Source: Lytechinus pictus
Taxonomy: Eukaryota
Reading direction: 5' to 3'
DNA length: 64,000 nt
NCBI RefSeq assembly: GCF_037042905.1
Contig: NC_087259.1
Coordinates: 16,802,001 to 16,866,000, forward strand
Within the stretch, counting starts at the first letter, position 1. Each line of letters begins with the position of its first letter. The notes under the pieces are model-generated. The model was not told where the DNA came from, ran no database searches, and worked only from the letters and a program-made list of their open reading frames with translations. Of the stretch, positions 1-13,300 are shown piece by piece. A program made the translations under genes and the position numbers.

Positions 1-181
1 TTTAATCTGACTTTGACGTTGACTTTGAGCTATTCATCATTGAATTTCCGACCTCAAAAAAAAATATTTCGCGGAGCCATATGCTCGCGCAAATTCTCAT
101 TATTTTTCCGTTTAAAACTTATAAAGAATGTCCTTGAAAAAAAAATGATAAAATGCACGTTTTCGCTCTGTATGCATCACG

Positions 182-305
182 TATAAAGCAGAGTCAGGTT
201 CCAGCTAAGAAGACTCGTTACTGCTGCTATCATTACACTACTACTGCTGCTGCTCAGCAACAACTGCTACTACTTAACTATTAATAGTACTGTTGCAGAT
301 AACAG
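182..305 (+). promoter_or_regulatory. Putative TATA box and non-coding first exon of the three-finger gene
   Basis: TATAAA at 182-187, followed by a (CTA/CTG)-rich leader ending at a consensus donor CAG|GTAAGA at 305/306; the ATG exon has an upstream acceptor that needs a partner donor. Confidence 0.45.
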
Positions 306-333
306 GTAAGATTATATCCGAGTAAGTCTTTCA

Positions 334-945
334 AGGTCAAATCCATCCCATAAAATGTTGATTTGAATGAATAGAAAAAAATCAAACTAGCATAACGCTG
401 AAAATATCATCAAAATCGGACGTAAAATAAGAAAGTTATGACATTTTAAAGTTTCCTTTATTTTTCACAAAGTGATATGCAGAACTCAGTGACATGAAAA
501 TTAGAAAGTCGATGATGTCCCTCAATTGCAATTTCTTTTGTTTTTTATTGTTTGAATTATACAATATATATATATATTTTTACAGATTTGAAAATCAGGA
601 CCAATTTGACTGAAGTATAAAATATATATCAAACAATGCTCATTCCCAATTCCACATGTTCAGAAGGAATTGATTGTTGTTTCACTTGACAATGAGGAGA
701 AAATAGGAATATTAATATTTCATGTCATAAAATAGAAAAGAAATAGTGAGTGGATGACGTCATCATTCTCCTCCTTTGCATACCAACCAGGATGTGCATA
801 ACTGTTTTGTGAAATTAAGTGAAACCTTAAAATGTCATAACTTTTCGTATTTTACAAACAATATTGATGAAATTTTAAGTGTCATGCTTGTTGGATTTTT
901 CTCATTTTATTCAAAATCAACTTATTGTTGAGGTGGACTTGTCCT
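334..945. mobile_element. TTAA-type (Kolobok-like) MITE, degenerate copy
   Basis: Homologous over its full length to 53627-54219; long imperfect TIRs AGGTCAA.TCCA...TGGACTTGTCCT. Confidence 0.75.
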
Positions 946-1229
946 TCAAAGAACTCCACACGTCACAAATCGCATAACTAGTATATCATGATCGCAAAGC
1001 TCTTAAATATGGCCTCATTCTCCGGGTAATTTTAAACCATTTAGATAAAGTATTTTTTACGCTTGGATAATCAGGAGATTTGTATGAATGTATAATTTAT
1101 GCATGGTTGCAACGAAGAAATCCCACTGATCATCAAATTGTAAACCTATACTACATAAAAAATTTGGTATGAAATTGTGAGGGAATACTGTTTCAGGACA
1201 TAATGCATATAAAAGCATAATAGCTATAT

Positions 1230-2162
1230 GTTCATGATACCTTTAAAAAAAAATCAAATTGGTGATTTCAGAGGTGTATCTTTTTTTCTATCATGTATTA
1301 TTAAATATAGAGGTGCCAAGGTATATAATGCCCTACCTTTGGACTTAAAATTGTTTCCTACTGTTAACAATTTCAAAACTAAATTATCATCTCACTTCGG
1401 TGACCTGCTTACCTTGTCATAAAGTCAATATTGTATTTTTTTTCTTCCCCGTCTCCCCATTTTTTTCTTTTCTTTTCTTCCCCATTTCCCAATTGTTCTT
1501 TTAACAAACTTTAAATTACTAACTGATTTTGAGCTTATTCCACGAAATAGTTCCACAAAGTGCATTCTCCTTTTTGGTTTTTATTTCTTACTTCTCATAT
1601 GAATCCAATCAGTGTATATACATGTTTATATATATTTATTCCGATGTTGTCTCAATGCAATCGGTACTTTTATCCTGAATTCCTTTCAATTGTTTACGCT
1701 CTTATTGTTGTCCTCTTAAAATTGTATGCGTGAACCAGAATCCTGTGTTATTATGACAGTTTACAATGATTACATATTCATTTATATTCATTGTATATTT
1801 ATATTATTCATTTTCTATTCCTTGCTCCCTGTGAAAACCTTTTTCAATAACGTGATAGCAGCCTAATTCATTCATTAAAAAAAATATTTAGTGTAAATTC
1901 TTGCCAAACTATTTAATTTTATGATCTTTTCTTATTAGTAACAACATATATCATGTCATTTTTGTTATTTTGTTTGATTTACCGTATATGTTATGCTTCT
2001 TTCATTATGTGTTTACTTTTTACTTTGTATTGTATATGGACCCCATGGAAGAACAGTATAGTCATGTCGACTAAACTGAAAATGGGCTATCCATCCGTTT
2101 TGCATTTTGCATTTTTGCTTTTTTATACGGAAAATAAATTCTATACTATACTATACTATACA
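1230..2162 (+). mobile_element. 3' end of a CR1/L2-group LINE
   Basis: IKYRGAKVYNALP...FKTKL C-terminal motif, GGACCCCATGGAAGAACAG 3' stem region and AATAAA + (CTATA)n tail. Confidence 0.6.
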
Positions 2163-2539
2163 CAAAAGTAATTTCCGCTGTATGGTAGAGAATATTTTTA
2201 CTGGATCTGGTTGTCTTTCATAGATCTTTTCGGGTATCCATATTATTCGGAAAAGTCTTTCACCTCAAAGGGATCCGAGTACATTTTTTTATGAAATTAC
2301 CCATAATTATAGAATGAAAATAATCATCGATCGTCGTATATCTAATTATGTATTATGTTTATATTGTATACATTATGGATTATTTTGTATATTACAAACA
2401 ATGTAAATATTTTTGATAATGTATTGTGAACGCAGAAGTAAAAATAAAACAAAAAACAAATATCTTTTTTACATTTATTTCAACATTTGCAGTCAGAAAA
2501 TAACATACTTTTATTTTGCAGGTCTTGCTACAATTCAAC

Positions 2540-2582
2540 ATGAAGATAGCTCTTCTTTTGGTGACATTTATGACATTGAGAG
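2540..2582 (+). CDS. Three-finger gene, signal-peptide exon
   Basis: Acceptor ttttgcag at 2521; ATG at 2540 in CAACATG context; hydrophobic MKIALLLVTFMTLR; phase-1 donor GTAGGC at 2583. Confidence 0.78.
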
Positions 2583-5500
2583 GTAGGCGTTCAAATTATA
2601 TTAAGAAACGTCCATGTTTTGTGGAGTGGGCCTATTAGAATGGGCAAATCAAATCTTTCTTTAGAAAGGATTTAGGATTTGATGCAAACTTTACGTGGAT
2701 AAAAATTTCATTAAAAAATAAGGTTCTGATTTTATTTATTATTTATTTATTTATTTATAGTTATTATTATTATTTTTTTTTTTTTTGGGGGGGGGCTTTG
2801 AACCTCCACCTTTTCATTTCTCTACTCTCCTCTTGTTCTTTCATTTATTTTGTGGGCGCGTCATCGTCTAGTGGTTCTGACTCTCGTCTTACGAGGGTTG
2901 CCGGTTCGAAACCTAGCCATGGCGTTTCAGCAAAAAAATTGTTTACATCGTACTGCACTCAACTCAGATGAGGGGAATGAGATCCTGGCAGGATACTGGA
3001 AAAAGGTCGTAGCTCGAGTTATAGCATGGACCTATTTCGTAATAGGTCCATGGTTATAGCCGGGGTAATAATTGCTCTTTGGATCCTCAGACAAAAAACG
3101 CTAGAAAAGTCACAATAGTTATCATTGCTATTCTTACCTTATTATCATTGTAATTGCTTATTATTATCAATATTATGATAATTATTATCTTTACTATTAT
3201 CATTATATCATATATGATTAATATCATTATTATTGTCCTTATAATTATTATACCAGGAGAACTAACTTCAATCTTTTCTGCTTTAAGACTAGTGGATAGT
3301 ATGACAAAATGAAAATCATCTTCTTTTCACAAAAGAATTTAAAAATTGAAAGGGCTATTCCTTCTACCCTTTTGGTGTCTTGCGATTCCTTCAATATAAT
3401 TTATATTTATTTGTTATTATCTATTTTTTTTTTAGATTTCTAATATTGCATGCGACCTTAGTATGAGCGATTTGGCGCATTACTAGTAATTTAAATCTTG
3501 ATTGATATATAAATCCTGTATATTGATGACCTCTAGGCCTACACCATGTTAATTGTTGATTTACATTTTTAAGTTCACTAGTCTTAACGTGCTTAGATGT
3601 TAGAAGGGCGTTATAATGGATCATTGTGGCCTAGCGGATTTGTCTCCGGACTTTGAAAAAGAGGGTCGTGGGTTTGAATCTTAGCCATGGTGGAATTTCT
3701 TTCGGCAAGAAATTGATCCACGATGTGCTGCACACAACCCAGATGAGGTAAATGGGTACCTGTCAGGAATCTATTCCTTGATACAGTATGCGTAACAGCT
3801 GCTCTTCTAAAGCCATGGTAATTATGCGGCATTACAGAAGAGCTCTTAGAGACTTNNNNNNNNNNNNNNNNNNNNNNNNNNNNNNNNNNNNNNNNNNNNN
3901 NNNNNNNNNNNNNNNNNNNNNNNNNNNNNNNNNNNNNNNNNNNNNNNNNNNNNNNNNNNNNNNNNNNNNNNNNNNNNNNNNNNNNNNNNNNNNNNNNNNN
4001 NNNNNNNNNNNNNNNNNNNNNNNNNNNNNNNNNNNNNNNNNNNNNNNNNNNNNNNNNNNNNNNNNNNNNNNNNNNNNNNNNNNNNNNNNNNNNNNNNNNN
4101 NNNNNNNNNNNNNNNNNNNNNNNNNNNNNNNNNNNNNNNNNNNNNNNNNNNNNNNNGATATCATTTTTTAATGTCTTATTTCTTAAGGGTCATCTCTGGC
4201 TCTCCAGTGCTATTCGTGTGAAGTTGTATTGGGGGAGGATGTCACCACTCCTAACGAATGCAGAATGAATGTCGATGAAGTTGAAGAGTGTGCAGATGGC
4301 ATCAGTGAATGTTACGTAAGTTCATTTTTTAAAATGAGATTGTGCATTGAAATACACACGTGGGATCCAAAAAATTGGCACCCCCTCCTCTACCCTACAA
4401 AAAATATGTTTCTGACTATTTGGGGATAAAGACATTTTTTTTCATTTTTTTTCTTTATTTTTTAGGATTTCTAAGTTTTAACCATTTTAATTGCTTGCTG
4501 ATATTTTGAACAAAAAATGTATGACCATTTTGAAGTAATAAGCTTTTGAATTTATGGTTATTCAAAATTTGCAAATACGGATTTTCATTATTAGTATTGT
4601 TATCATGAACATGATTATCATCACTTTATACTCGGCAAACAAAATGACAAAACAAAATAATATGCGATTATGTCGTGGCTTTATTGAATAGAGATGAACA
4701 CTTTTCCGAATCTGGTGTCACAATCACATAAGTATAAAACATGGATATGAATACCTCTGATTAGAGACTTACATTCATGTATGTCTGGAACCAACCGATA
4801 GCCTTGGTTTAGCTCCCCGAAGGGGGGTTAAACCCCCGGCTAGAAGGCCCCCCTCCCAGAAAATTCAACGTTAAATTTCACGGCTGCTTTCCCACTGGTT
4901 CTCTGCTAGCCGGACAGGAATACCAGCACAGCTATTAACTACATGTATGAGCTATCGGCAAATCGGTGGATTACAGATGGCATACTTATATCATATAATA
5001 TACATATATATACCAGCCTTCCCGCATGAGAACTTGGGTGAGGCCAAAATTTCACGAAAAATATAAATGTATACAGAATACCAGCCTCCCCGCCTATGAG
5101 ATCAGGTGAGGCCTAAACTGAAAGTTCGAGCGTGACACCCTTACATTCAAATTACAATTGCGTTCCTAAAGTACTATGTAAAGTTATAAATAAATCCCCT
5201 TCGTCTAGGTACCGAATGAGGACCCGATTCAATATGAAATATTAATCAACGTACATGGCATCAAAGTGGAAAATCTAATAGCTAGAGGCTAAAATATCAT
5301 TCACTGCTTTACACACCTTGCAAAAGTGACCATTGTGGATTAAAGAACATATGCCATGCCAATAATATGAGAACTCAATTCATGTGAATTACCAAAATAT
5401 AACGAACACCCAGTCCCAAAAACGGGTAAGGGCGAAAACCCACCTGACCACAGACCAAAATAGATCAGAAGGATAAAAATTCCCTTACGGCCCACATTTC

Positions 5501-7320
5501 TAAATACACGACAATCTTTATATTGTTTTGATGTGCGACCAGGCAAACTGCCCCCGGATTTGAATTCGTGTTTCGTTATATAAATCAACATTAAATTCAT
5601 ATAAGTAAAATAATTCAAATGTCCATATATCATATAACAATTCTACATCCGTTATTCCATTCATAACGAGCTATACACTCCAATAAAACACAAATCAACT
5701 CTGAATGATACCTAGAGTATCTTCATTCTCGACCTTCCCCATTGCATGTGTTTAAACAACATTCCAACATTGTTTGACCCAAACGTAACATTTACATGGA
5801 TGGTTGTTGGGGAGGAGGTGGGAAAATTACAAGCGAATATTTTGGACGTTCATCTCCGTTGAAAGCCAAAACTAAAATGAAGGATTTTTCGCGCCTTCAC
5901 CTAGGCGCGCGCGCCAAAATATCGCGCTCCTTGCGCCCAGTATAAATTATTGTCATTGTGCGCATAAACAATACCGTCTGGCGCGCCATTGTGACGTATC
6001 ACATCGTCAACCGCGCCATTCCAAATTACAAACACCTTCATGACCTGGCTTTGTTCGCCGACCTATAAATCATTTTAAATCGCCGAGTCGTCTTTAAAAT
6101 ACATTATACTCGGCAAACAAAATGACAAAACAAAATAATATGCGATTATGTCGTGGCTTTATTGAATAGAGATGAACACTTTTCCGAATCTGGTGTCACA
6201 ATCACATAAGTATAAAACATGGATATGAATACCTCTGATTAGAGACTTACATTCATGTATGTCTGGAACCAACCGATAGCCTTGGTTTAGCTCCCCGAAG
6301 GGGGGTTAAACCCCCGGCTAGAAGGCCCCCCTCCCAGAAAATTCAACGTTAAATTTCACGGCTGCTTTCCCACTGGTTCTCTGCTAGCCGGACAGGAATA
6401 CCAGCACAGCTATTAACTACATGTATGAGCTATCGGCAAATCGGTGGATTACAGATGGCATACTTATATCATATAATATACATATATATACCAGCCTTCC
6501 CGCATGAGAACTTGGGTGAGGCCAAAATTTCACGAAAAATATAAATGTATACAGAATACCAGCCTCCCCGCCTATGAGATCAGGTGAGGCCTAAACTGAA
6601 AGTTCGAGCGTGACACCCTTACATTCAAATTACAATTGCGTTCCTAAAGTACTATGTAAAGTTATAAATAAATCCCCTTCGTCTAGGTACCGAATGAGGA
6701 CCCGATTCAATATGAAATATTAATCAACGTACATGGCATCAAAGTGGAAAATCTAATAACTAGAGGCTAAAATATCATTCACTGCTTTACACACCTTGCA
6801 AAAGTGACCATTGTGGATTAAATAACATATTCCATGCCAATATATCTTATGACATCAGAGTTTAGGCGGCATAATTTGACAAATTACCGCCAAACGAGAA
6901 TATATTTTATATATATGATCGGCCGCCAAAACACTTCATTCATTTTTAAGCGTTCGTTCATAATTTACTCCAGTTTTGTGTTAGCTGGCCAAGCTAAATC
7001 AGTTATGCATAACGGGGGAGCGTTTCATCAATATTTTCATCCGACAAGTTGTCAGATCTGACATCTTTCCATGATTTTGATTGGCAGAGAGGCACTGTTC
7101 CTATGGTAACTGTCGGAAAAAATGGGACTTGTCGGATAAAACGTCCGACAAGTCCTTTCATGAAACGCCCCCCAGGCCTCCAAGCCCTCCATCAATATAT
7201 TTAAATGAATCAAAATTATACATCTTTGTACAGCCTTTGACGTCGCTGTCTTCCCTGACACAATTACCTGAAGGCTTGCATTCTTTGCCTCTAGATATTA
7301 TTCATTATTATTATTATTAT

Positions 7321-7359
<39 letters not shown>

Positions 7360-10300
7360 ACCTGCTTTCTATCCTTGACCAACATACCAGCCCCCTATTA
7401 AACCAGCATGAAATGAAATTTAAAAACCAGATAGAAATATTCAATTAAAGTATATGAACAAATATCCATCTCAAGTTTAATGAGAGCATGGAAAACACTT
7501 CTACAGGTATGTATTCAGTTGTTGGAAACAATCTCCCATTAGAAATACATTAAACATAAACCGTGTCAGAACTTCCTTCACAATTAAAATCTGATTACCA
7601 TGCACAAAACTAAACAAAACATATGAAGGAAGACAAGATAATATGCAATTTTAAGTATGATGGTTTTGATACAAACCTATTGCAAGCTTCAAAATTGAAA
7701 TTCATTGCATCACTAATTTTTTGATAAGTTATCAATGGTGGCCGCACGCCATCGGTTTGACCTTATAATTAACAAATACTAGCATCCCAACATTGCTAAA
7801 CTAACAATGCATGCCGCACTAAGGTACTGCCTCTTTCTTGTTGCCCCATTTGCCATAAATTTATAACAGTGCATGATTTAACCCTATGCACAAATATAAT
7901 TCAATCGCAGACAATCGATCAATTAAATCCAACCACAGCATTTAGTTAGTTACCTCACACTTAATTTCAACAAATACATAATTATACCATTCCTGAGTTA
8001 TAATGGATTTTGTAAATTGTTCTGTTGAATTGGAGATAAAATAAAAACTGAAAGCTTGCGTAACATCCACAGAATAACCCCATATAACCCATGGAGTATA
8101 ATCATGATAATTGAAGGCACTAAAACTAATTTGAATATGAAACCTTCCCGATCAGGACTATTCGGTTAGAGCTACACTCCTCAATTAAATATGCTGTTAA
8201 ACTAAGAACCATTTAACGTAAACTGGAATTTTACCCGGGATGAATCATTTCGATAATGTTTTCACATATCAACGTAAAACATGACTGCCTTTTTATTGTT
8301 TTATCATCCTCACCACATCCATGAAATAATTATTTATTTCAAACATTAAATAACATCCGAACGAGTAGTCCTTCAAACGATAATGAATAAAATTTGAAGT
8401 GCCGTATACATTGATACATTCATATAATATATGCTTATCCTGAATAATATGTTCCATTCTTGTTGGCAAAAGCATACGTACAAAGGGCTTTCTTCATATG
8501 TTCCACATGTTCAAGTTCCAATCCCATCCAAGTGAGCAATATGGGGGACCTCATAAAAAGTCTGAAACTGAAATCATGACGAATTCATCCTCATATTATA
8601 TGAACTCATCATTCAAGACAGCCCACTGTATCATGATGTTTCAAATATGATCTTTCCCTGTTGCTTGAAGGCTAAAATGTTTGTTCACCAGTTTTTTGAC
8701 TGAAGAAAAACCTCTATTCCTTGGAATACGTGTTAAAACCACCTTGTCGGTAAATTAGTTCTATGAAGATGAAGACGTTGACCACTGCTCCAATTAGTGT
8801 CATTGCTGGCAGCAATACCCAGTTCAGTTATATTTATTATAAGAGCGTATTAACGCCCCAAATGACATCCTTTACTATGGACTCTAAGCTAACTGGTCAG
8901 GAAATAGATCCAACCAAAGGGGAACTCTTTGGCAGCCAGACTTGGAGCGTTCTAGATCATACTATAGTAGGTCTAATTGTCATCAGACTTTCCTGCCAGC
9001 CTACCTTGCCTCGCAGTAGCCCACTTGAATCCCTTTCATCCAAAGATCCGGCACTGCAAAAGAAAAGAAGAAAAAAAGCCTGGGCAGAACACCAAATTCT
9101 ATATCTAGTACCAAAACGGGTCTGTCCCTCTGCTATCCTTTTCAATTTATCACTCTTGTCCCTCTTCGCACCTTGTAGGCCCGAAAACCGGAGGACGTAT
9201 ATAACAGAGGTTATAAACATTTCTTCATCTACTGCAAACACACAAGCACTAGTGAAATGCATATTAAATAATTTGGAAGATTACAATCCTCACCAGTATT
9301 GGGGGGGGGGGGGGGCTCAATTGAACCCCCTAAATGCCTATGGGGTTGTACCATTTATTCAGAAACAACTTGTAAAATATATATATCCTTCGCCCTCTTT
9401 ATCGTAGCTTTCAATATACGCGTACTTAAATTTTGAGCTTTATACGAAACGAGCAGCTTCCCGAAACATCTGAAACCGCCTCCACAGAGTAATCATTAGT
9501 CCCGCTCCTTATGTTTCATTTATAACTGCTATTTTCCAATTCCTTACAGTATAACCCCAACCAGCGATGCAATATCATCTGCATATATCATATGTGCGTG
9601 TTGCAACTTCGACAATATTTCAAAACCAGATTCAATAAGCTTCAAATAATCTGTTTAATTTTAGACTATAACTTCTCTTATCATTTTTATTATTTATTAT
9701 TCTTATTTCAGTATTCGGTTTTACCTCTAGACCACTGCAGAAATAGTCAAGCCAAATTACTGCATACAGCCCATTAGATACATTTTCATAATCAACGGGC
9801 CACCAACACGAATATTTCACACGCTGTCCAATTCCAAGAGGAAGATATACTTTTTGGAACCTGGTTTCAGCTTGAGCAATCGGTAAATTTCGTTTGATTG
9901 GCCAGTATACCTATGTGGCTTATTGCATAATTAAGGCATCCGTATATTGTGTCCCGGCCCCCGAAGCAACGAAGGGAAATGACAGTATGGTACAAGATTT
10001 CAGACACTTTCCAACACAGGCCCATGTCAATCGACTACATCAATTTCCACTGAATGCCTTCAAGGAATTAGCTCATAATTATAAGCTCATCATCATTATT
10101 TATTATTTTATTTGCCGCTTTGATCATGTATACCGGTACCAAATCTATTATCATTATTTTGAATGATACTATCGATATTATCTCAGTTCAAATCATTGAC
10201 CAGTCAAATAGGCCTATTTGATATTGAACCATGAGGTGTAAGGTTCAATTCTGAAGCGCTTTGAGCGGTTAGAGGCTGATAAAGCGCTATATAAAAACAA

Positions 10301-13300
10301 GTAATTCAATTCCAATAGGGCCTAAGCATTTATATTCTTTCATTTCCACAAGATATAAACCATACAAAATCATAAAAAATCAAGGTATCTTTTTAGGAGG
10401 CCCATACTATTATAACAACTGCTCGTTGAACCCCTTGACTTCAATCTAAACTAAATTGGGGATTCCAAGCTAATTCGAAATTACATCCGATTTAATATTA
10501 TGTGCATGGTAAGTTTACTTTTACATGTACCATGTTTCCTCGAAAAGCTAATCACATAATCATAATGATAAGCATCATCTGCTACTTTCCAAAATAATGA
10601 CTGATTCAACAATAACATTTGAAACTGAAAGCCGAGTAGAATCTATAATTATTACCACTAGGCACTACCGGTCTATCCACATAATTTTGCGACCAAGAAC
10701 ACAGCTCTCGCTGGCCCATAATCCAGAAAATGTCATAGAGGTCAAATACTACTTTTATACTAGGCCTAACTGAACCATCTGATAATAGGGTCTATCCCCA
10801 AACAGACATGTAAAACTGCGTCTACTGTAAGTAGATCTAACGTTAGGCCGAGCCTAGTTTCACTCTGTGGTGTCACCATGCACTGCTGTAGTGCAGTAGA
10901 CTGCACTACAGCAGTGCATGGTGATGCACTAGGGCCTACGCTACGCCTACGCTACGGTAACCAACGTTAAAATTGTTGAACTCATTCTCAAAACCTCCAA
11001 TCTCCATCATGACACACCTGGTTCAGACACCAAAACAAGTAGTCAAGTAGGACCAGGTCTAGCCCAGGCTAGGCCTGTGTTTGAATTTTGAAGCTGACCC
11101 CTCCCTTTTCCATCATGATCGTAATTAAAACACTTGGACCAAGTTTAAAATTAATTCCAGGCCAAGTCCAAGTTATGTCTAGCCTAGGATCTATGGCTTG
11201 ACATTTGACCTACATGTAAATCCCCAATTGCGTTAGCATGCCAAATGGCAAATGCCCCCCCCCTGTTTGCCTGACTAGGCCTACATCATTACATGAACTA
11301 GGCCATAACGTTAGGCATTTGATTTGCCTAGCACAAACATGTAAATGGGATCTTCGCGTGCTAACGTAAGAACCGGGGGGGGGGGGTATTGAAGAGCCAT
11401 TAAATTGAAAGAGATTTGTGTCAGACTCAGACTCAGAGGTAACTAATCGACTTCTGACCAATAAGAACATGATTTTTTTTTTTTTTTTTTTCTTCTTTTC
11501 TTCAAAATCTCAGACTAGGATCTAGGCAGGCCTACCTGCGCTAGTCTAAAGAAAGCTCCAAAAGGTACAAATCACCCCGATACTACCGTAGTACTACTTG
11601 TACTACTAGCACTGTAACTTTTTTACTCTGTACTCCTGTAGCAGGCCTCGATCATTCAACAAGCCTAACGTTAACTAACAATAGGCTTAATTCTAAGATA
11701 CGATGCTGAGAAGATTAGGTGGTCGATAAGGGGTAGTTCCAACCATACTAACACTAATCCAGACTGAGTCTAGGCTCTAGCCTAGAATAGGCCTAGATCT
11801 AGATCTATTGCTGCTTCCGTACTCACCGGATAGGCTAGGTCTTGCAAAGACTTGAACTTGTAAATTGTCTGGTACCGACCCCGCGTTCCGTCTGCTAATC
11901 CAGACCGTTGCCTCGGGCTCGGCTCAGCCAGCCCACCTGCTTCACATCATAATCGGGAGCTAGTAGTAGTAGGTACCGGTAGTAGTAGTCACTAGTAGTA
12001 GTAGGACCTCTGACTACCGTAACATTCAATACTCATAATCATGATGGATCCCAGTCGACCGTATGTCGTTGAACGGAATTCCATCTAGCAGCTCGAGTCA
12101 ATTTCTCATCGTTGCTGAAACCAAACAGCTCTAGGACCCAGCCGATCTACTGTGTTATAGCGACAACACGTAGCGTAGCTCCTTGTACCGTCGTATAAAA
12201 CTCGGTTCAATTCAAAGCAGACGGTTAATCGTTAGGCCAGGCAAGAAATAGAGAATCCTCAAGTAATTCGGACAGCATTTAAAGCTGCATTAAGCAAAAT
12301 TAAGATGATTCCCGATCGATGATGGTTTCAACAAAAATTATTGTAGATCTCGTTGTACTTTGTAGATTACGACGTCTCCAAAAACGCAAGGTCGTAAGAA
12401 AAATTACAAGCGAATATTTTGGACGTTCATCTCCGTTGAAAGCCAAAACTAAAATGAAGGATTTTTCGCGCCTTCACCTAGGCGCGCGCGCCAAAATATC
12501 GCGCTCCTTGCGCCCAGTATAAATTATTGTCATTGTGCGCATAAACAATACCGTCTGGCGCGCCATTGTGACGTATCACATCGTCAACCGCGCCATTCCA
12601 AATTACAAACACCTTCATGACCTGGCTTTGTTCGCCGACCTATAAATCATTTTAAATCGCCGAGTCGTCTTTAAAATACATTATATAGTAGTCATAGTTT
12701 AAGAAATCTTAGTCTGGTCGTGCAGAATAAAAAGGTATAAAAACCTTCCAAAATCAGATAAGAAGTTAAGGAGATAAGCAAAACAATTTAAAAAGCAAAA
12801 CAAAAAACAGTATAGTAAGAAAAAAGAAAGAAAGGCAAAAAGAAAACAAGAAGCGCGAAAATGGAAGAAAAGGGAAACAAGGGAATAAGAAGCGTTGTGG
12901 CCCAGTGGATTTGTCTCCGGGCTTTGAAACAGAGGGTGGTGGGTTCAAATCCCAGCCATGGCATAGTTTCCTTCAGCAGTCAGACCGCAGGTCCCTATGC
13001 TAATGAGCAAAAAGGCCAGATTCATCCAAATCATCTTGTGGCTGAATCCTCCTCCTTGCAAAATCTCGTGATTCGTGAGACTTTCTGTCTCTAAGAATTT
13101 ACCTGTTTTAACTTCAAGTTAAATGAAATATTATTGCACCATCAGATAGAGTAAAAGTTACTCTTTCATATTGGTCATTTATTTTGTATACAATATTTTG
13201 TTAAATAAGTAAATTTCTGGCCTGAAAATGTGCCTCAAAACTGAATTTTCTTCCTCTGTTTTCTTTTGCAAATTGTGCAAATCTTTTTATTTTGAGCCTC

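Larger units (their letters stand above)
6104..12685. mobile_element. Unclassified element, long unit (end A + ~5.5-kb interior + end B)
   Basis: Same ends as the short unit, joined head-to-tail through one shared TTATA; no recognisable transposase ORF. Confidence 0.7.

Noticed and set aside
3788-4171. ORFs spanning the N run
   Set aside because: Artefacts of the assembly gap.
8893-9004. C/D-box snoRNA in a candidate 112-nt intron
   Set aside because: CTGATGA and CTGA are present, but the C box is non-consensus and the D box lies within the terminal stem; no evident rRNA guide.
8763-9407. 214-aa + strand ORF inside the long element
   Set aside because: No recognisable motif (no YR, DDE, Rep or RT residues evident); runs through poly-A/poly-G tracts; splice-like signals point to the opposite strand.
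4626-12685. LTR retrotransposon interpretation of the direct repeats
   Set aside because: No TG...CA ends, PBS/PPT or gag-pol; the repeats are interleaved A-B-A-B rather than one flanking pair.
12889-12960. tRNA gene candidates (also ~2853, ~3617, ~20965)
   Set aside because: A/B boxes are followed by SINE body sequence and lack a proper cloverleaf; these are SINE heads.
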